From positions 1 to 53,696 of IMG/VR virus record IMGVR_UViG_3300030106_006557: a stretch of DNA of 53,696 bases. One strand, 5' to 3'. Below the pieces are notes generated by a model. That model searched no databases. It saw only the letters and a program-made list of their open reading frames with translations, and was not told the DNA's origin. The DNA comes from a virus. Taxonomy: Duplodnaviria; Caudoviricetes. The position numbers and the translations under genes are program-made. The first letter of the stretch is position 1, and every line of letters starts with the position of its first letter. Of this stretch, positions 6,756 through 16,121 are shown piece by piece.

Positions 6756-7164
6756 CGTAACAATTTTTTTAACCGTTTTTTGTGCGGCCAACTTTTGTGA
6801 GGCCGAAGAAATTACTTTTTGTAACAAAATTGATTGTTATCAAATTGAGCAGGAGGTAGTGGATAAAAAGGTTAACCAATGTTTGTATCAAGCAAAATTA
6901 GAAATGTTGGTGTTGCATTGGAAACAGATTAACAATTGGAAACAAGTAGAGTATGTGGGGGCTGGGAATCAAAAGATTATTCATTGTTTGCCCAAGATCC
7001 CCAACAAGTTTTTAACAGGAGAGGAGACCAATGAACAACTTCAGTTTTTGGAAAAGCTTCGGTGCCGGATTCAAAACAAAAAACGGGATGCGGTGTTTCA
7101 CCAAATTGATTATTTCAATTGGTGCATGTCAAGGTTTGAACCCGAACAGTTTGTGGATCAATGA
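6721..7164 (+). CDS. Hypothetical Cys-containing protein with possible N-terminal signal peptide
   Basis: Basic N-terminus followed by hydrophobic VTIFLTVFCAA. Confidence 0.55.
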   Translation: MKRRIPQKKCTNVTIFLTVFCAANFCEAEEITFCNKIDCYQIEQEVVDKKVNQCLYQAKLEMLVLHWKQINNWKQVEYVGAGNQKIIHCLPKIPNKFLTGEETNEQLQFLEKLRCRIQNKKRDAVFHQIDYFNWCMSRFEPEQFVDQ

Positions 7165-7230
7165 TTAAACATATTTTCTTTTGGATTTGGGCCGCAATTC
7201 CTCTAGCCGCTTCCCTCGTCAACTTAACCC

Positions 7231-7259
7231 TTGACATCTGGGATTATATAAGATAAACT
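7231..7259 (+). promoter_or_regulatory. Sigma70 promoter TTGACA-17-TAAACT with operator (7237-7253)
   Basis: Near-consensus, upstream of the AAGTGGAG RBS. Confidence 0.85.
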
Positions 7260-7288
7260 TTTTTTCTTTAAATAAGTGGAGAGAAAAA

Positions 7289-7483
7289 ATGGATGAAGTT
7301 ACGATAAAGCGGATTGAAAAAGAGTGTGAATCTTCCTTGGATCATCGGGCGTGGGATTTTTTGTATGAAATGAGCAGGCCGGAGTTAATAAGATTTTTGA
7401 TGGAGACCATGACGACGAGGCAGTGGTCTGAGTACCGAGAAGACTTTCGGGACGACGATGATGAATACAACGATGATGAATAG
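7289..7483 (+). CDS. Hypothetical acidic protein
   Basis: Promoter plus RBS. Confidence 0.75.
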   Translation: MDEVTIKRIEKECESSLDHRAWDFLYEMSRPELIRFLMETMTTRQWSEYREDFRDDDDEYNDDE

Positions 7484-7490
7484 GAGAGGA

Positions 7491-7664
7491 GTGGTGAAAA
7501 AACTTTATGATGTAAGAATAACACAATGTTATTTGATAAAAAATATTGAGGCTACCAATGAAGATGAAGCTAAACAAAAAGCATCTGAAGATTATTCTTG
7601 GGAGTCTTGTCTAAAAGATTGCATTATGGATGTGGAGGAGACAAGTGATGAAAAAACTTTATAG
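7491..7664 (+). CDS. Hypothetical protein with IEATNEDEA motif
   Basis: AGGAG RBS before GTG. Confidence 0.7.
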   Translation: MVKKLYDVRITQCYLIKNIEATNEDEAKQKASEDYSWESCLKDCIMDVEETSDEKTL

Positions 7665-7977
7665 AGAGTTGAACGATTTTTTGAAAACGAGTTCACCTGA
7701 AGGTGAGGTAAAAATAGTGGATGGCAAGAGAAAGTTTGTCCCTAAAGAAATGGACTTGGACGATCCCGCAGATCATTTGGCAGTTTGGGAAGATTTGTGT
7801 TCGCGTTTTTCACCTGAAGGTTTGTCGGAGGATGGCGCGTTGAGTGCCGCCGAAGAACGCCGTAAGGAAAAAGAGTTGATTAAAATTGCAGTGCAGTTGC
7901 GCGAGAGGTCTGGCCCTATGCCGGCAGAGGTTGCCGAATGGTGGGAAGGCCCAAAGCATTTGACAAAGGCGGGTTAA
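7648..7977 (+). CDS. Hypothetical protein
   Basis: GGAGGAG RBS; SPEGLSEDG motif. Confidence 0.7.
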   Translation: MKKLYRELNDFLKTSSPEGEVKIVDGKRKFVPKEMDLDDPADHLAVWEDLCSRFSPEGLSEDGALSAAEERRKEKELIKIAVQLRERSGPMPAEVAEWWEGPKHLTKAG

Positions 7978-7989
7978 GAAAAGGAAAAA

Positions 7990-8190
7990 GTGATGAAATA
8001 TACGGTGCAAGCTACTCAAATAATTTTGAACGTAAAACCGACGCGAGTTAAACAACGTTTTCTGGTGGAAGCGGATTCAGAAGAAAAAGCTTACGACGAG
8101 TTTAAAAAAGCTTCTAAAAATATGGTTTTTAGAAACGGGATCAAAAAATTAACAATTTTAAAAACGCATCTTTCCTTTATTAATGAATAA
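7990..8190 (+). CDS. Hypothetical protein with VEADSEEKA motif
   Basis: AAGGA RBS. Confidence 0.7.
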   Translation: MMKYTVQATQIILNVKPTRVKQRFLVEADSEEKAYDEFKKASKNMVFRNGIKKLTILKTHLSFINE

Positions 8191-8353
8191 AAAAGAAATT
8201 TTAAAAAACTGCAAATTGTTTTTAGAAGTTACGGAAAGCCGTGGGTTGAACAATGTGGAGGCCGCTTTAGTTCATTTGATTTTGGCCGTAAGTTTTTTGG
8301 GAGAAGAAGTTGATATTAATCAATTTTTAAGCGAGGATAAAAACAATGAGTAA
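8183..8353 (+). CDS. 56-aa hypothetical protein (not in ORF track)
   Basis: Fills the gap, overlapping both neighbours. Confidence 0.55.
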   Translation: MNKKEILKNCKLFLEVTESRGLNNVEAALVHLILAVSFLGEEVDINQFLSEDKNNE

Positions 8354-8417
8354 TTTTTGGGAATATTTGATTGTAGCGGTATTTTTTGTAGTAGTGTTGA
8401 TTCAACAAGGTGTTTAA
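8346..8417 (+). CDS. 23-aa membrane peptide MSNFWEYLIVAVFFVVVLIQQGV
   Basis: GAGGA RBS; single hydrophobic helix. Confidence 0.5.
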   Translation: MSNFWEYLIVAVFFVVVLIQQGV

Positions 8418-8685
8418 ATTGAAAAATTCGATTCGAGAAGAGTTAGTGGATTATTGGGGCGACGAGGAATTATTATTTTTGGACCCAGCAAAAGATTTTG
8501 ATTGCGGCATTGTAGGGGTGGCAGAACGCATTGGAATGGAGCTTGTGGTGGTTTATGATCGCGACAAAATTTTAGAGCAACTTCGCAAAGATCTTACTCC
8601 AGAAGAAGCCGTGGAGTATTTTGAATTTAATGTTTTGGGGTCCTATCTGGGTGAAAAAACACCTGTTTTTTTGACGTTCCGGTAA
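8410..8685 (+). CDS. Conserved phage hypothetical protein
   Basis: FD..IVGV..R, VVVYD..K, EEAVEYFEFN..G.Y.GE.TP.F motif common in aquatic phages. Confidence 0.8.
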   Translation: MFKLKNSIREELVDYWGDEELLFLDPAKDFDCGIVGVAERIGMELVVVYDRDKILEQLRKDLTPEEAVEYFEFNVLGSYLGEKTPVFLTFR

Positions 8686-8690
8686 AAAAA

Positions 8691-9359
8691 TTAGGTCTTT
8701 TCAAGCGGTTCATTTTTTGAATCAGAATTAATTGTGTTCAACGATAAGTTTGCTGAAAAACTCCGACGCTCTCCCTCGCCAAAAAAAGGATAGGCGCAGT
8801 GACTTAGGTAAGCCGGAAAAACGTATAAGTCTCCCACTTCGGGTTGAACTCGAAACGATCCAACACTGCACAAATTAGTGCTTCCAAATAAAAAATCGGT
8901 CCACCCTTCGCTGGCATATTTTTCCTTGGCGTGCTTCCAGTTTTTCTTTCCAATCGAAATGGGAACTTTCAAGTACAGGACACAACTAAATTGTCCGCTG
9001 GTATGAATGTGAACCGGATTATAGTCCGTTGCAAAACTTCTAACAAACCAAGCATTATGAATTTGGACTTGGTTTGATGGCTGAAACTTTTGTAAAGACT
9101 GACTCATAAAATTAGTGTACAAGCCATTAGCGGCTTCAAACAAAATTTCTCCAAGGTTTTCAACCTTCCCAATCTCACAACGGAGTTCCTGCTCAACGTG
9201 TCCTACCAACTGATCCGAAGCGTCAAAAGATTTTTTATTGATTAAAGAGTCACAGTGTTTGTTCATCCGCGCAATCAAATCCCGTGGTAACTTGGTTTTC
9301 AACATTCGGGGACCAAATGGAGATAAAATTTCAGCAGTTACTTCCTTACGTTTTGTCAT
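8691..9359 (-). CDS. 2OG-Fe(II) oxygenase (TIGR02466-like)
   Basis: YNPVHIH, SCVLYL, P..GDLYVFPAYLSH, ERRSFSAN. Confidence 0.85.
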   Translation of the reverse strand: MTKRKEVTAEILSPFGPRMLKTKLPRDLIARMNKHCDSLINKKSFDASDQLVGHVEQELRCEIGKVENLGEILFEAANGLYTNFMSQSLQKFQPSNQVQIHNAWFVRSFATDYNPVHIHTSGQFSCVLYLKVPISIGKKNWKHAKEKYASEGWTDFLFGSTNLCSVGSFRVQPEVGDLYVFPAYLSHCAYPFFGEGERRSFSANLSLNTINSDSKNEPLEKT

Positions 9360-9622
9360 ATTTCTCGAATTTCTCCGGCGAGAACATTTTGAATCCTCTT
9401 ACGACGAAGCTCGTCTTCTCGCTCCTCAATCTTTTTTTGGTATGTTTTTCGTTCTTTTTGCAAATAAACAAGATCCTTGTTTGTTAAATTTTGCGTTTTC
9501 CAAGTGTCAAAAACAACGCGAAACAGCCCTGAAATAGTTCTGCCCTCCACTCGGGCAATTGTAACGATCTCCTCGTAAATGTCCCGTGGCACGAGGACAG
9601 ATTTCCATTTTTTAGTATCCAT
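9356..9622 (-). CDS. Ribbon-helix-helix-like DNA-binding regulator
   Basis: WKSVLVPRDIYEEI..IAR.EGRTIS pattern; AAGGAG RBS before ATG 9622. Confidence 0.65.
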   Translation of the reverse strand: MDTKKWKSVLVPRDIYEEIVTIARVEGRTISGLFRVVFDTWKTQNLTNKDLVYLQKERKTYQKKIEEREDELRRKRIQNVLAGEIREI

Positions 9623-9641
9623 AAACGACTCCTTTTCTAAG

Positions 9642-9670
9642 ATTGTATAAGATTTTCTATTCCATTTCAA
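9642..9670 (-). promoter_or_regulatory. Sigma70 promoter TTGAAA-17-TACAAT for the RHH gene, overlapped by an operator (9636-9652)
   Basis: Direct reading at the polA 3' end. Confidence 0.7.
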
Positions 9671-11564
9671 CCGCTTCGCCCCAGCTAGGGCCAATATCCA
9701 CGTCACATTTGTTGGGAACCTCTAACGGAACCGCATTGCACATGATTTCAGCATACTTTTCGGCCTGCTCTTTGGTTTTAACCGAGAAAGCTAACTCATC
9801 GTGAACTTGCAACAAGGGCAAAATACCTTCCTTATGCAGATTGACCATCGCTTGTTTAGTCATATCTGCCGCCGAAGCTTGAATCAAACGGTTTAATGCC
9901 TTGTAGGTATAAGCCCGTTTCAATCGGGTGGTCGGCCCGTGAGCCGCGACAGCTTCCTCATAAGGCATCGCTTTGTGCATTTCAAAGGTGTTCGGTTCCC
10001 AAAGATCAAATCGGCATTTTCGGCCTCGCAAAGAACGGATCGAGCCGGAAGATCGAGGATCGTCCAATCTCTTGCTTACCCCTTGCATCAACAGTTTCAC
10101 AAACGGAACCCTGTCATGGTACTGCTGGGTCAAGGATCGTGCTTCGTCTACGGTGATGTCCAATTGAGCGGATAGCTTGTTAACTCCCATGCCGTACATC
10201 ATCGCCAGATTTATCACCTTGGCCTGTTTTCGGGGGATGTCTGCCATTTCTGCCACCATCGTGTGGAAATCCATATCGGGGTTTTCTCGATACCCCTCGA
10301 CAAATTCGGCAACGCCCTTTAATTCGGTGTTCTTGGAGTCGCCAAACGCTTTGGCATAGTGAACCAAGATGCGCGGTTCTTGTTGGGAAAAATCAATCGC
10401 CGCCCATTTCTCCCCTTCTTCGGGCAAAAACAGACTACGGATCATTGGCCCCAACTGGGGATCTCTCGACGGGATTTGTTGAAGATTCGGGTTGTTCATA
10501 CTGATTCGGCCCGACACCGTTCCACCATCATCGCCTCGCAATTGGTTGATGTGGGCATGAATCCGCCCTTCTTTTGAAATGAATTTTAGGATCGATCCGA
10601 TAAACGTCCCTTGGGTTTTATTCAAGTTTCTGGCCTGCACCACCAATTGAGGTAACTCATGGGAGTGTTCCGTCAAAAACGCCTTGGTAAAGCTCGGTGC
10701 GCCTTTCTCTGTGCGGTCATACAAAATGTTGAGTTTATCAAACGCTTTGGCTAAAGATTGCGCGGCCCAGATTTCTACATCCGCCCCCACCAAAGTTTTG
10801 ATCTTAGCCATCGTTTCTTTTTCTTTTTTGATTAAATATTGCTTGGTCTTTTCCACCCGATCAATGTCCACGCGAATACCTCGGGCCGTCATGTCTACCA
10901 GACAGGGCAAAAGGCTGGTTTCCAGTTTCCAGATGTCCCACAAATCTTCCTTGTTGAGCATATTTTGAAAATGCTTCCATAACTCTAAGGTCAATGTCGC
11001 GTCCGTCTCTGCATAAGCCCCCACAAATTGGGCAGGCAACTTCCATAATTCGGCTTTAGCATCCACCCCAAACCCTTGGGCCGCCTCGTTCAAGTTCTTT
11101 TCACCTTTGGTTTTACCCAGATGGTCGTAGGCCAAAGCGTTCAAGCTGTAGCTGAAACGGTTTTCGTCCAAAAGAGAAGCGGTAATCATCGTGTCAACAA
11201 TCCTGCCGTTAAGCGTGAAGCCCTCGGCACGAATCCACCCCGCATCGTATTGTGCATTGTGCATAACCTTGTCCGCAGAGCATTCAAAAACTTTCTTGAG
11301 CCATTTCGACACAATTTTCTTATCCAAATTACCACCGCCTAAATGCCCGACAGGAATGTATCCTTGCCAACCGTAAGTCGCAACCGCATAACCGACAACC
11401 TCACCGTCTTTAGTGGGCCATCCGGGGCCGTTAACTTTTAGGTTAGGGTCTTTGGTCTCTACATCAATGGCAATTTCTACTGCATCGGTCAAGTCCGGTA
11501 ACTCTTGTGGAGGAGTCCACTCCACAGAGGGCGTGAACATCGGAAATTGTAATTTGTTTGTCAT
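9657..11564 (-). CDS. polA: Family A DNA polymerase with 3'-5' exonuclease
   Basis: DVET and HNAQYD exonuclease motifs; DFSQQEPR (A), RKQAKVINLAMMYG (B), QVHDEL (C). Confidence 0.97.
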   Translation of the reverse strand: MTNKLQFPMFTPSVEWTPPQELPDLTDAVEIAIDVETKDPNLKVNGPGWPTKDGEVVGYAVATYGWQGYIPVGHLGGGNLDKKIVSKWLKKVFECSADKVMHNAQYDAGWIRAEGFTLNGRIVDTMITASLLDENRFSYSLNALAYDHLGKTKGEKNLNEAAQGFGVDAKAELWKLPAQFVGAYAETDATLTLELWKHFQNMLNKEDLWDIWKLETSLLPCLVDMTARGIRVDIDRVEKTKQYLIKKEKETMAKIKTLVGADVEIWAAQSLAKAFDKLNILYDRTEKGAPSFTKAFLTEHSHELPQLVVQARNLNKTQGTFIGSILKFISKEGRIHAHINQLRGDDGGTVSGRISMNNPNLQQIPSRDPQLGPMIRSLFLPEEGEKWAAIDFSQQEPRILVHYAKAFGDSKNTELKGVAEFVEGYRENPDMDFHTMVAEMADIPRKQAKVINLAMMYGMGVNKLSAQLDITVDEARSLTQQYHDRVPFVKLLMQGVSKRLDDPRSSGSIRSLRGRKCRFDLWEPNTFEMHKAMPYEEAVAAHGPTTRLKRAYTYKALNRLIQASAADMTKQAMVNLHKEGILPLLQVHDELAFSVKTKEQAEKYAEIMCNAVPLEVPNKCDVDIGPSWGEAVEME

Positions 11565-13060
11565 ATGGAGTAACTCCTGAAGGTGTCTTCTGGATCAATC
11601 AGAAACAGATTTTGCTTGGTTCGCGTGACCGCCACATAAAAAACTCGGTGAAGATCATCACTCAAATTGTTCTGAAGGGCGGAGTAAGACAAATCTTGGA
11701 GCAAAATAACATTGTCCGCTTCGCCTCCCTTGGCACCGTGGATTGTGGATAACTTTATCCGAGGTTTGGCATTAAATTTTTCACCAGATCGCAAAAGAGC
11801 GGTGATGTACGCCCGATCAACGTCGGGGATTTTGTTCAAAGCTTGAGACCAAATCTCGTCCGCCCCAGCCAACAAACCATGCTCGTTTTGCAATTGTTTC
11901 AAATTGACTGTTTCTGCGTCGGTTTTAATCGTTTTCTTGCCGCGCCCGACCTTTTCATTATTGCCCGTCATAAAACCATAAATCGTTTGGGCGTGATCCG
12001 TGAGAATGTGTCGGCCTTTTCGTAGGGCCTCCCACGCATTCACTGCAATCGTCAGCTTCTCGGAAATGCTCCGGTGACCGTTGCGCTCGAACAGAAGTCC
12101 TCTGGATTTTAAATCTTGAGTCAATGGAGTCAACATATAGTTAGCCTGTGCCATAAGTAACCATGAGCCATCGCCAATCGCAATATCGTCAATGCTCGGC
12201 ATCCGCGTCACCATGCCCTCCTCCTCTCGAGGAAGATACGTCTTGGGAAAACGGTCACTAATTCTCGTGACGATGGATTCTGCCACCTGATGAACCGCTC
12301 GAGGAATTCGGTAAGATTGCTCTAAAGTTTCAGAATCGCCAGATAAATGGATAAAATGATTTACGTCCGCCCCCGCCCACCGATAAATCGCCTGATCATC
12401 GTCCCCCGCACAATACATTCTTGTCGATCTTGAATCAATTTTGTGAGCAATGTCCCATTGCAGAGGAGATAAGTCTTGGGCCTCGTCCATAAAACATAAT
12501 TCAAAATGCGGACACGCCTGCTCGGAATCTAAAAACATCTGCAAAAGATCGGTGAAATCGATCAAACCGTTAACCTGCTTATAAGCCCGATAAGTTCGGT
12601 CTAAATAGTCCACCTCATGCCACTGAAAATCAATCGAGGATAAATCGTATTCTCTCTGTAAAGACGTTTTTTTAAGTCGCGCCAGATTAATTAAAGACAG
12701 AATGGGGTGATCCGAAGTAACACTACCGCCGATTTCATCGTCTTCCATGCGGTGAACCCGAAGCTCCATGCCGACTTTTTCAGATAAGTCCTCAAAATGT
12801 TCTTTCTGAATGACCTGATCTGATTTAATCGCCAAAGTGCGGTACGCCAACGAGTGGATGGTTCTAAAATGACAGAGGTCCTTTTCAGGATCAAGGTTAA
12901 ACCGCACAGAAGCGCGTTCCTTGGCCTCGTTAGCGGCCTTACGGGTAAACGCAAGAAAACCAATTTGCGTCGGGTCTAGCCCATCTGACAACGCTTTGTC
13001 CACCATGTTCAACAATGTGGTTGTTTTTCCCGTTCCGGGTGGGCCAAATAGTCTAAACAC
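11561..13060 (-). CDS. UvrD/Rep-like SF1 helicase
   Basis: GPPGTGKT, DEAQD, GDDDQAIY, STIHGAKGGE, YVAVTR. Confidence 0.95.
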   Translation of the reverse strand: MFRLFGPPGTGKTTTLLNMVDKALSDGLDPTQIGFLAFTRKAANEAKERASVRFNLDPEKDLCHFRTIHSLAYRTLAIKSDQVIQKEHFEDLSEKVGMELRVHRMEDDEIGGSVTSDHPILSLINLARLKKTSLQREYDLSSIDFQWHEVDYLDRTYRAYKQVNGLIDFTDLLQMFLDSEQACPHFELCFMDEAQDLSPLQWDIAHKIDSRSTRMYCAGDDDQAIYRWAGADVNHFIHLSGDSETLEQSYRIPRAVHQVAESIVTRISDRFPKTYLPREEEGMVTRMPSIDDIAIGDGSWLLMAQANYMLTPLTQDLKSRGLLFERNGHRSISEKLTIAVNAWEALRKGRHILTDHAQTIYGFMTGNNEKVGRGKKTIKTDAETVNLKQLQNEHGLLAGADEIWSQALNKIPDVDRAYITALLRSGEKFNAKPRIKLSTIHGAKGGEADNVILLQDLSYSALQNNLSDDLHRVFYVAVTRTKQNLFLIDPEDTFRSYSI

Positions 13061-14598
13061 TAGAAAGGACTCTTTTTATCTTGACCCATGTCAGGGGCCG
13101 GAATTTCAAAATCAATGCCATTAAACGGCGGAATCACCCAGACTCTCACCGACTTTGATTTAATCTTTATCGTTGTCGAATCGCCGTTGATGTCTCGCAA
13201 CCTTTGGGCAATCCGGTGAGATTTATACTCGAAGAATTTGTTCTTCCTCAAAAAGGCTTCAAAATCTTTGAGCCTAAAGTAGGTTTTTTGCTCCTCTTCG
13301 TCGGTAAAAGGTCGGCGGAGCAGGATTTCTTCCTTGTTAGTCGCCTGCTGGTAAGACGTGCAAAATTCTTCAAGCAGATCGTAAAACTGTCCACTCACGG
13401 ACGCATCCTGCGAAACTTCCATAATGGCCCCATCTGTGGAACTCATCTCCTCCAGTAAAGCGTTGATACGAGCCTCCCACCCAACTTTTTGCATAGTGCG
13501 TGGCATGTAGTTCAACTGCTCGACGCAAGCTCTTTGAAAAGCGGCCTGATTCATCAAAGCATCGGTGTCCAGTTCCAAAGGCTTGCCAGACACGTCCAAA
13601 AACCAGACGGGAGGAACTGAATTATATTTTCTAAGATTGGCTATCGTAATGCCACTAACAGCGGCATCAATACCAAATTTGCGAGTGCGACATAATTCCG
13701 AATTACAATAACTATTAATCGGGCTGTCTTTGCACTTATAGGCATAATCCTTCTTTTGTAGTTGTTTGGCGACAATGTTAACCTCGTTCAAGGGCAACGG
13801 CGGGTCTAGATAGTTCATGTTGTAATTCAAAATTTCAGTTTCCCAACTGTCGGGATAGGCTTTGCGTAGATAAACGCCAATGTTAAACAACCCGTTGTTT
13901 CGACCACCTTCGCTTATTTTCTGACTGCATAGGGTCTGCAAACATGGTGGGCCATCCTTAATTGCGGTGATTTCCTCGGGCTTCTGAACCGTGAGCGACA
14001 AAAGCTGTTCCGGCGTTAAAACATACTCATCGTAAAGCGCGTAAAATTCTTCCAAAGTTGCGGCACTACCATCGTCTTTAATGGCATAACGCAACCCGTC
14101 CTCTGCGTCAAAATACGGGATATTGAGAAAATTTCCAACGTCGCCCCTCTCCAAATTTAATTGGATCTGTTTGGGAAAAATCTCGCAATCCCCATGTCCT
14201 AGTGCGGCGGCTACGGAACGACAGGTATCTTGCATCTCCTTGGCAGAGACCCAATCAGAGGTAAACAAAAACCCGTGGGCACCACCGCTTTTAGACCGAC
14301 ACACAACAATCGGCAACTTTAGCTTTCTGATTTTGGCAACAAGTTCTTTGTGGTCAAGAGGGTAGGTGTCTACGTCAAAACACCCCCACTTGCACTGATT
14401 ATTTTCGTTAATTGGAATAACCCCAATTGCCGTGCCTTTTCCGCTAAGATGCCCATGCCAAAGCTTATCAGTTCGTTCTTCTTGAACAACCGTCGCTTTG
14501 CCCACCGCCTTACCGTTGGAATTTTTGTGGTCAATTCGATAAGTGCCGTAAGCCCTTCTCAGACCGTCAAAAATCTGTGCAAATTTCTTTTCATTCAT
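13060..14598 (-). CDS. AEP-superfamily primase with PriCT-like domain
   Basis: CFDVD, RSKSGGAH, EIFPKQ, GNFLNIPY, EGGRNN. Confidence 0.8.
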   Translation of the reverse strand: MNEKKFAQIFDGLRRAYGTYRIDHKNSNGKAVGKATVVQEERTDKLWHGHLSGKGTAIGVIPINENNQCKWGCFDVDTYPLDHKELVAKIRKLKLPIVVCRSKSGGAHGFLFTSDWVSAKEMQDTCRSVAAALGHGDCEIFPKQIQLNLERGDVGNFLNIPYFDAEDGLRYAIKDDGSAATLEEFYALYDEYVLTPEQLLSLTVQKPEEITAIKDGPPCLQTLCSQKISEGGRNNGLFNIGVYLRKAYPDSWETEILNYNMNYLDPPLPLNEVNIVAKQLQKKDYAYKCKDSPINSYCNSELCRTRKFGIDAAVSGITIANLRKYNSVPPVWFLDVSGKPLELDTDALMNQAAFQRACVEQLNYMPRTMQKVGWEARINALLEEMSSTDGAIMEVSQDASVSGQFYDLLEEFCTSYQQATNKEEILLRRPFTDEEEQKTYFRLKDFEAFLRKNKFFEYKSHRIAQRLRDINGDSTTIKIKSKSVRVWVIPPFNGIDFEIPAPDMGQDKKSPF

Positions 14599-14611
14599 TG
14601 GAATCCCCTAA

Positions 14612-14652
14612 AAGAAAGACGGGCGACCAGTGGAGGGGCCGCCCGTTTTCTT
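14612..14652 (-). terminator. Stem-loop between the SSB-like and primase genes
   Basis: AAGAAAGACGGGCG...CGCCCGTTTTCTT. Confidence 0.6.
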
Positions 14653-14655
14653 GAC

Positions 14656-15432
14656 TCAGAAGGGTACGTCTGAGTCTGTGGAACCGTCTTCGTTGGTGTG
14701 CTTGACCTGCACGTCCCCCGCGAGAATTGATTTGGCAAAAGTCTTAGCCTGAGTGTACAGGTTTAAATCTTCAACCTGACCTTCCAGACCAATTTCCCAG
14801 CCGTGCCAAGAACCCTTAGAGTTCTCCTCAGAGACTGTTTTAAGCTTGTAAACGTGACTAAAGCGTGGAGGTACGAAAGGCCCGTTTTTGCCAACCATCG
14901 AACGACTCTGAATCATGCTATTCCATTTACGAGACTTCTTCAACTGAGTAGATTTCATCGCAATCAAAGCCGTCGTGGAACCTCCATCTTCATTTAAAAC
15001 TACCACATAGTGTTGGTGCGTCTCTTCCATATAATTTCCACTGCCATCATCAACATAATCTCTGTTGTCGTCCGCACTCCGAGTCGTTTTTGGACGGGTG
15101 TCTTCTGGACTATAAATGTTGATCGGTGCCCCAGTGCCCGAGCCTCGCGGTGCCCACTCAATGTACCGTCGCTGATAAACCGCAGGAATAACACGCACCC
15201 CGTCCTTGCCCTTAAAAATCTCACCCGAAACTGTGTTGTAAATATCTCCGGCTTTTGCGTCGTCAAGATCATCCAATATCGGATCTTGTCGGGATAAAAC
15301 TTTAAGAAACGGCAGGGCTAAATCCTCTTGTCCAACGTTTTCTAGCCCCAACCCCTGATCCGCCTCGAACATATCATTGCTCAATGCTACGTCTGTTTTG
15401 GCCTTTGCCACTTTTTTGGTGTCTTCACTCAT
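14656..15432 (-). CDS. Putative ssDNA-binding protein
   Basis: Position in replication module; acidic C-terminal DSDVPF tail. Confidence 0.6.
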   Translation of the reverse strand: MSEDTKKVAKAKTDVALSNDMFEADQGLGLENVGQEDLALPFLKVLSRQDPILDDLDDAKAGDIYNTVSGEIFKGKDGVRVIPAVYQRRYIEWAPRGSGTGAPINIYSPEDTRPKTTRSADDNRDYVDDGSGNYMEETHQHYVVVLNEDGGSTTALIAMKSTQLKKSRKWNSMIQSRSMVGKNGPFVPPRFSHVYKLKTVSEENSKGSWHGWEIGLEGQVEDLNLYTQAKTFAKSILAGDVQVKHTNEDGSTDSDVPF

Positions 15433-16022
15433 TTTTTTAACCCCCTTTTGATTGTGGCACGTTGTCCTATGAACGCGCCAAAAAGATCCATCGGAAACTC
15501 GCTACCATTCTCGACCTGCTCCTTCACCCACGCTTTTAACGTCGAGGGGTGGATCGTTTTGCTTTGAGCAGGTGCATGGCCCGCTTTCGTTGCAAACTCC
15601 AAAAATTCTGTAGCTTTTGCGTCTTCTCCGCGTCCAAAAGCACAGGTAATTTGGTTTTTGATGAGGTCGTCGTGCCCGTGATCCTTGAGCCACTTATGAG
15701 CTTCTTCTTTGTTGTCATGTTTGATGTAGCCCCCGTATGTTGGTTTAACAGTGACCACACTGCCATCGTCCAAATCAAACCTAGTCAGTCCAATTTCTTG
15801 CAACATCGCAGGCAAATCCTGATCCGTCAGTTGTAAAAGAGCCTTCTTGGTCTCCTTCGCTTCGTCCTCCAATTTTGCAAGTTGTGCTTCCTTTTCTACC
15901 ACCTTACGAGCAATTTCTGCTATGCTCGAAAGTCCGCTCGTGCTTACGGAATCAACTTTGGAACTTTGCCTTTCAAAATCCTCCTCCATTGATTGTGCAA
16001 TATCTTTTAACATTTGATTCAT
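15429..16022 (-). CDS. Conserved phage replication-module protein
   Basis: Coiled-coil N-terminus, WL..HG..DLIK, IHPSTLKAWVKE; GGAGA RBS before ATG 16022. Confidence 0.8.
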   Translation of the reverse strand: MNQMLKDIAQSMEEDFERQSSKVDSVSTSGLSSIAEIARKVVEKEAQLAKLEDEAKETKKALLQLTDQDLPAMLQEIGLTRFDLDDGSVVTVKPTYGGYIKHDNKEEAHKWLKDHGHDDLIKNQITCAFGRGEDAKATEFLEFATKAGHAPAQSKTIHPSTLKAWVKEQVENGSEFPMDLFGAFIGQRATIKRGLKK

Positions 16023-16063
16023 GATTCGTTCTCCATGTTCGTTTAAAAAAATCATTTCTGATC

Positions 16064-16105
16064 TTGCAGATTTAGATATTATCCTATATCATGGGGCCTT
16101 GTCAA
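16064..16105. promoter_or_regulatory. Overlapping divergent promoters (+ TTGCAG-17-TATCAT; - TTGACA-16-GATAAT) with operator at 16072-16088
   Basis: Direct reading in the intergenic region. Confidence 0.65.
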
Positions 16106-16121
16106 GTTTCAGGAGAAATAA

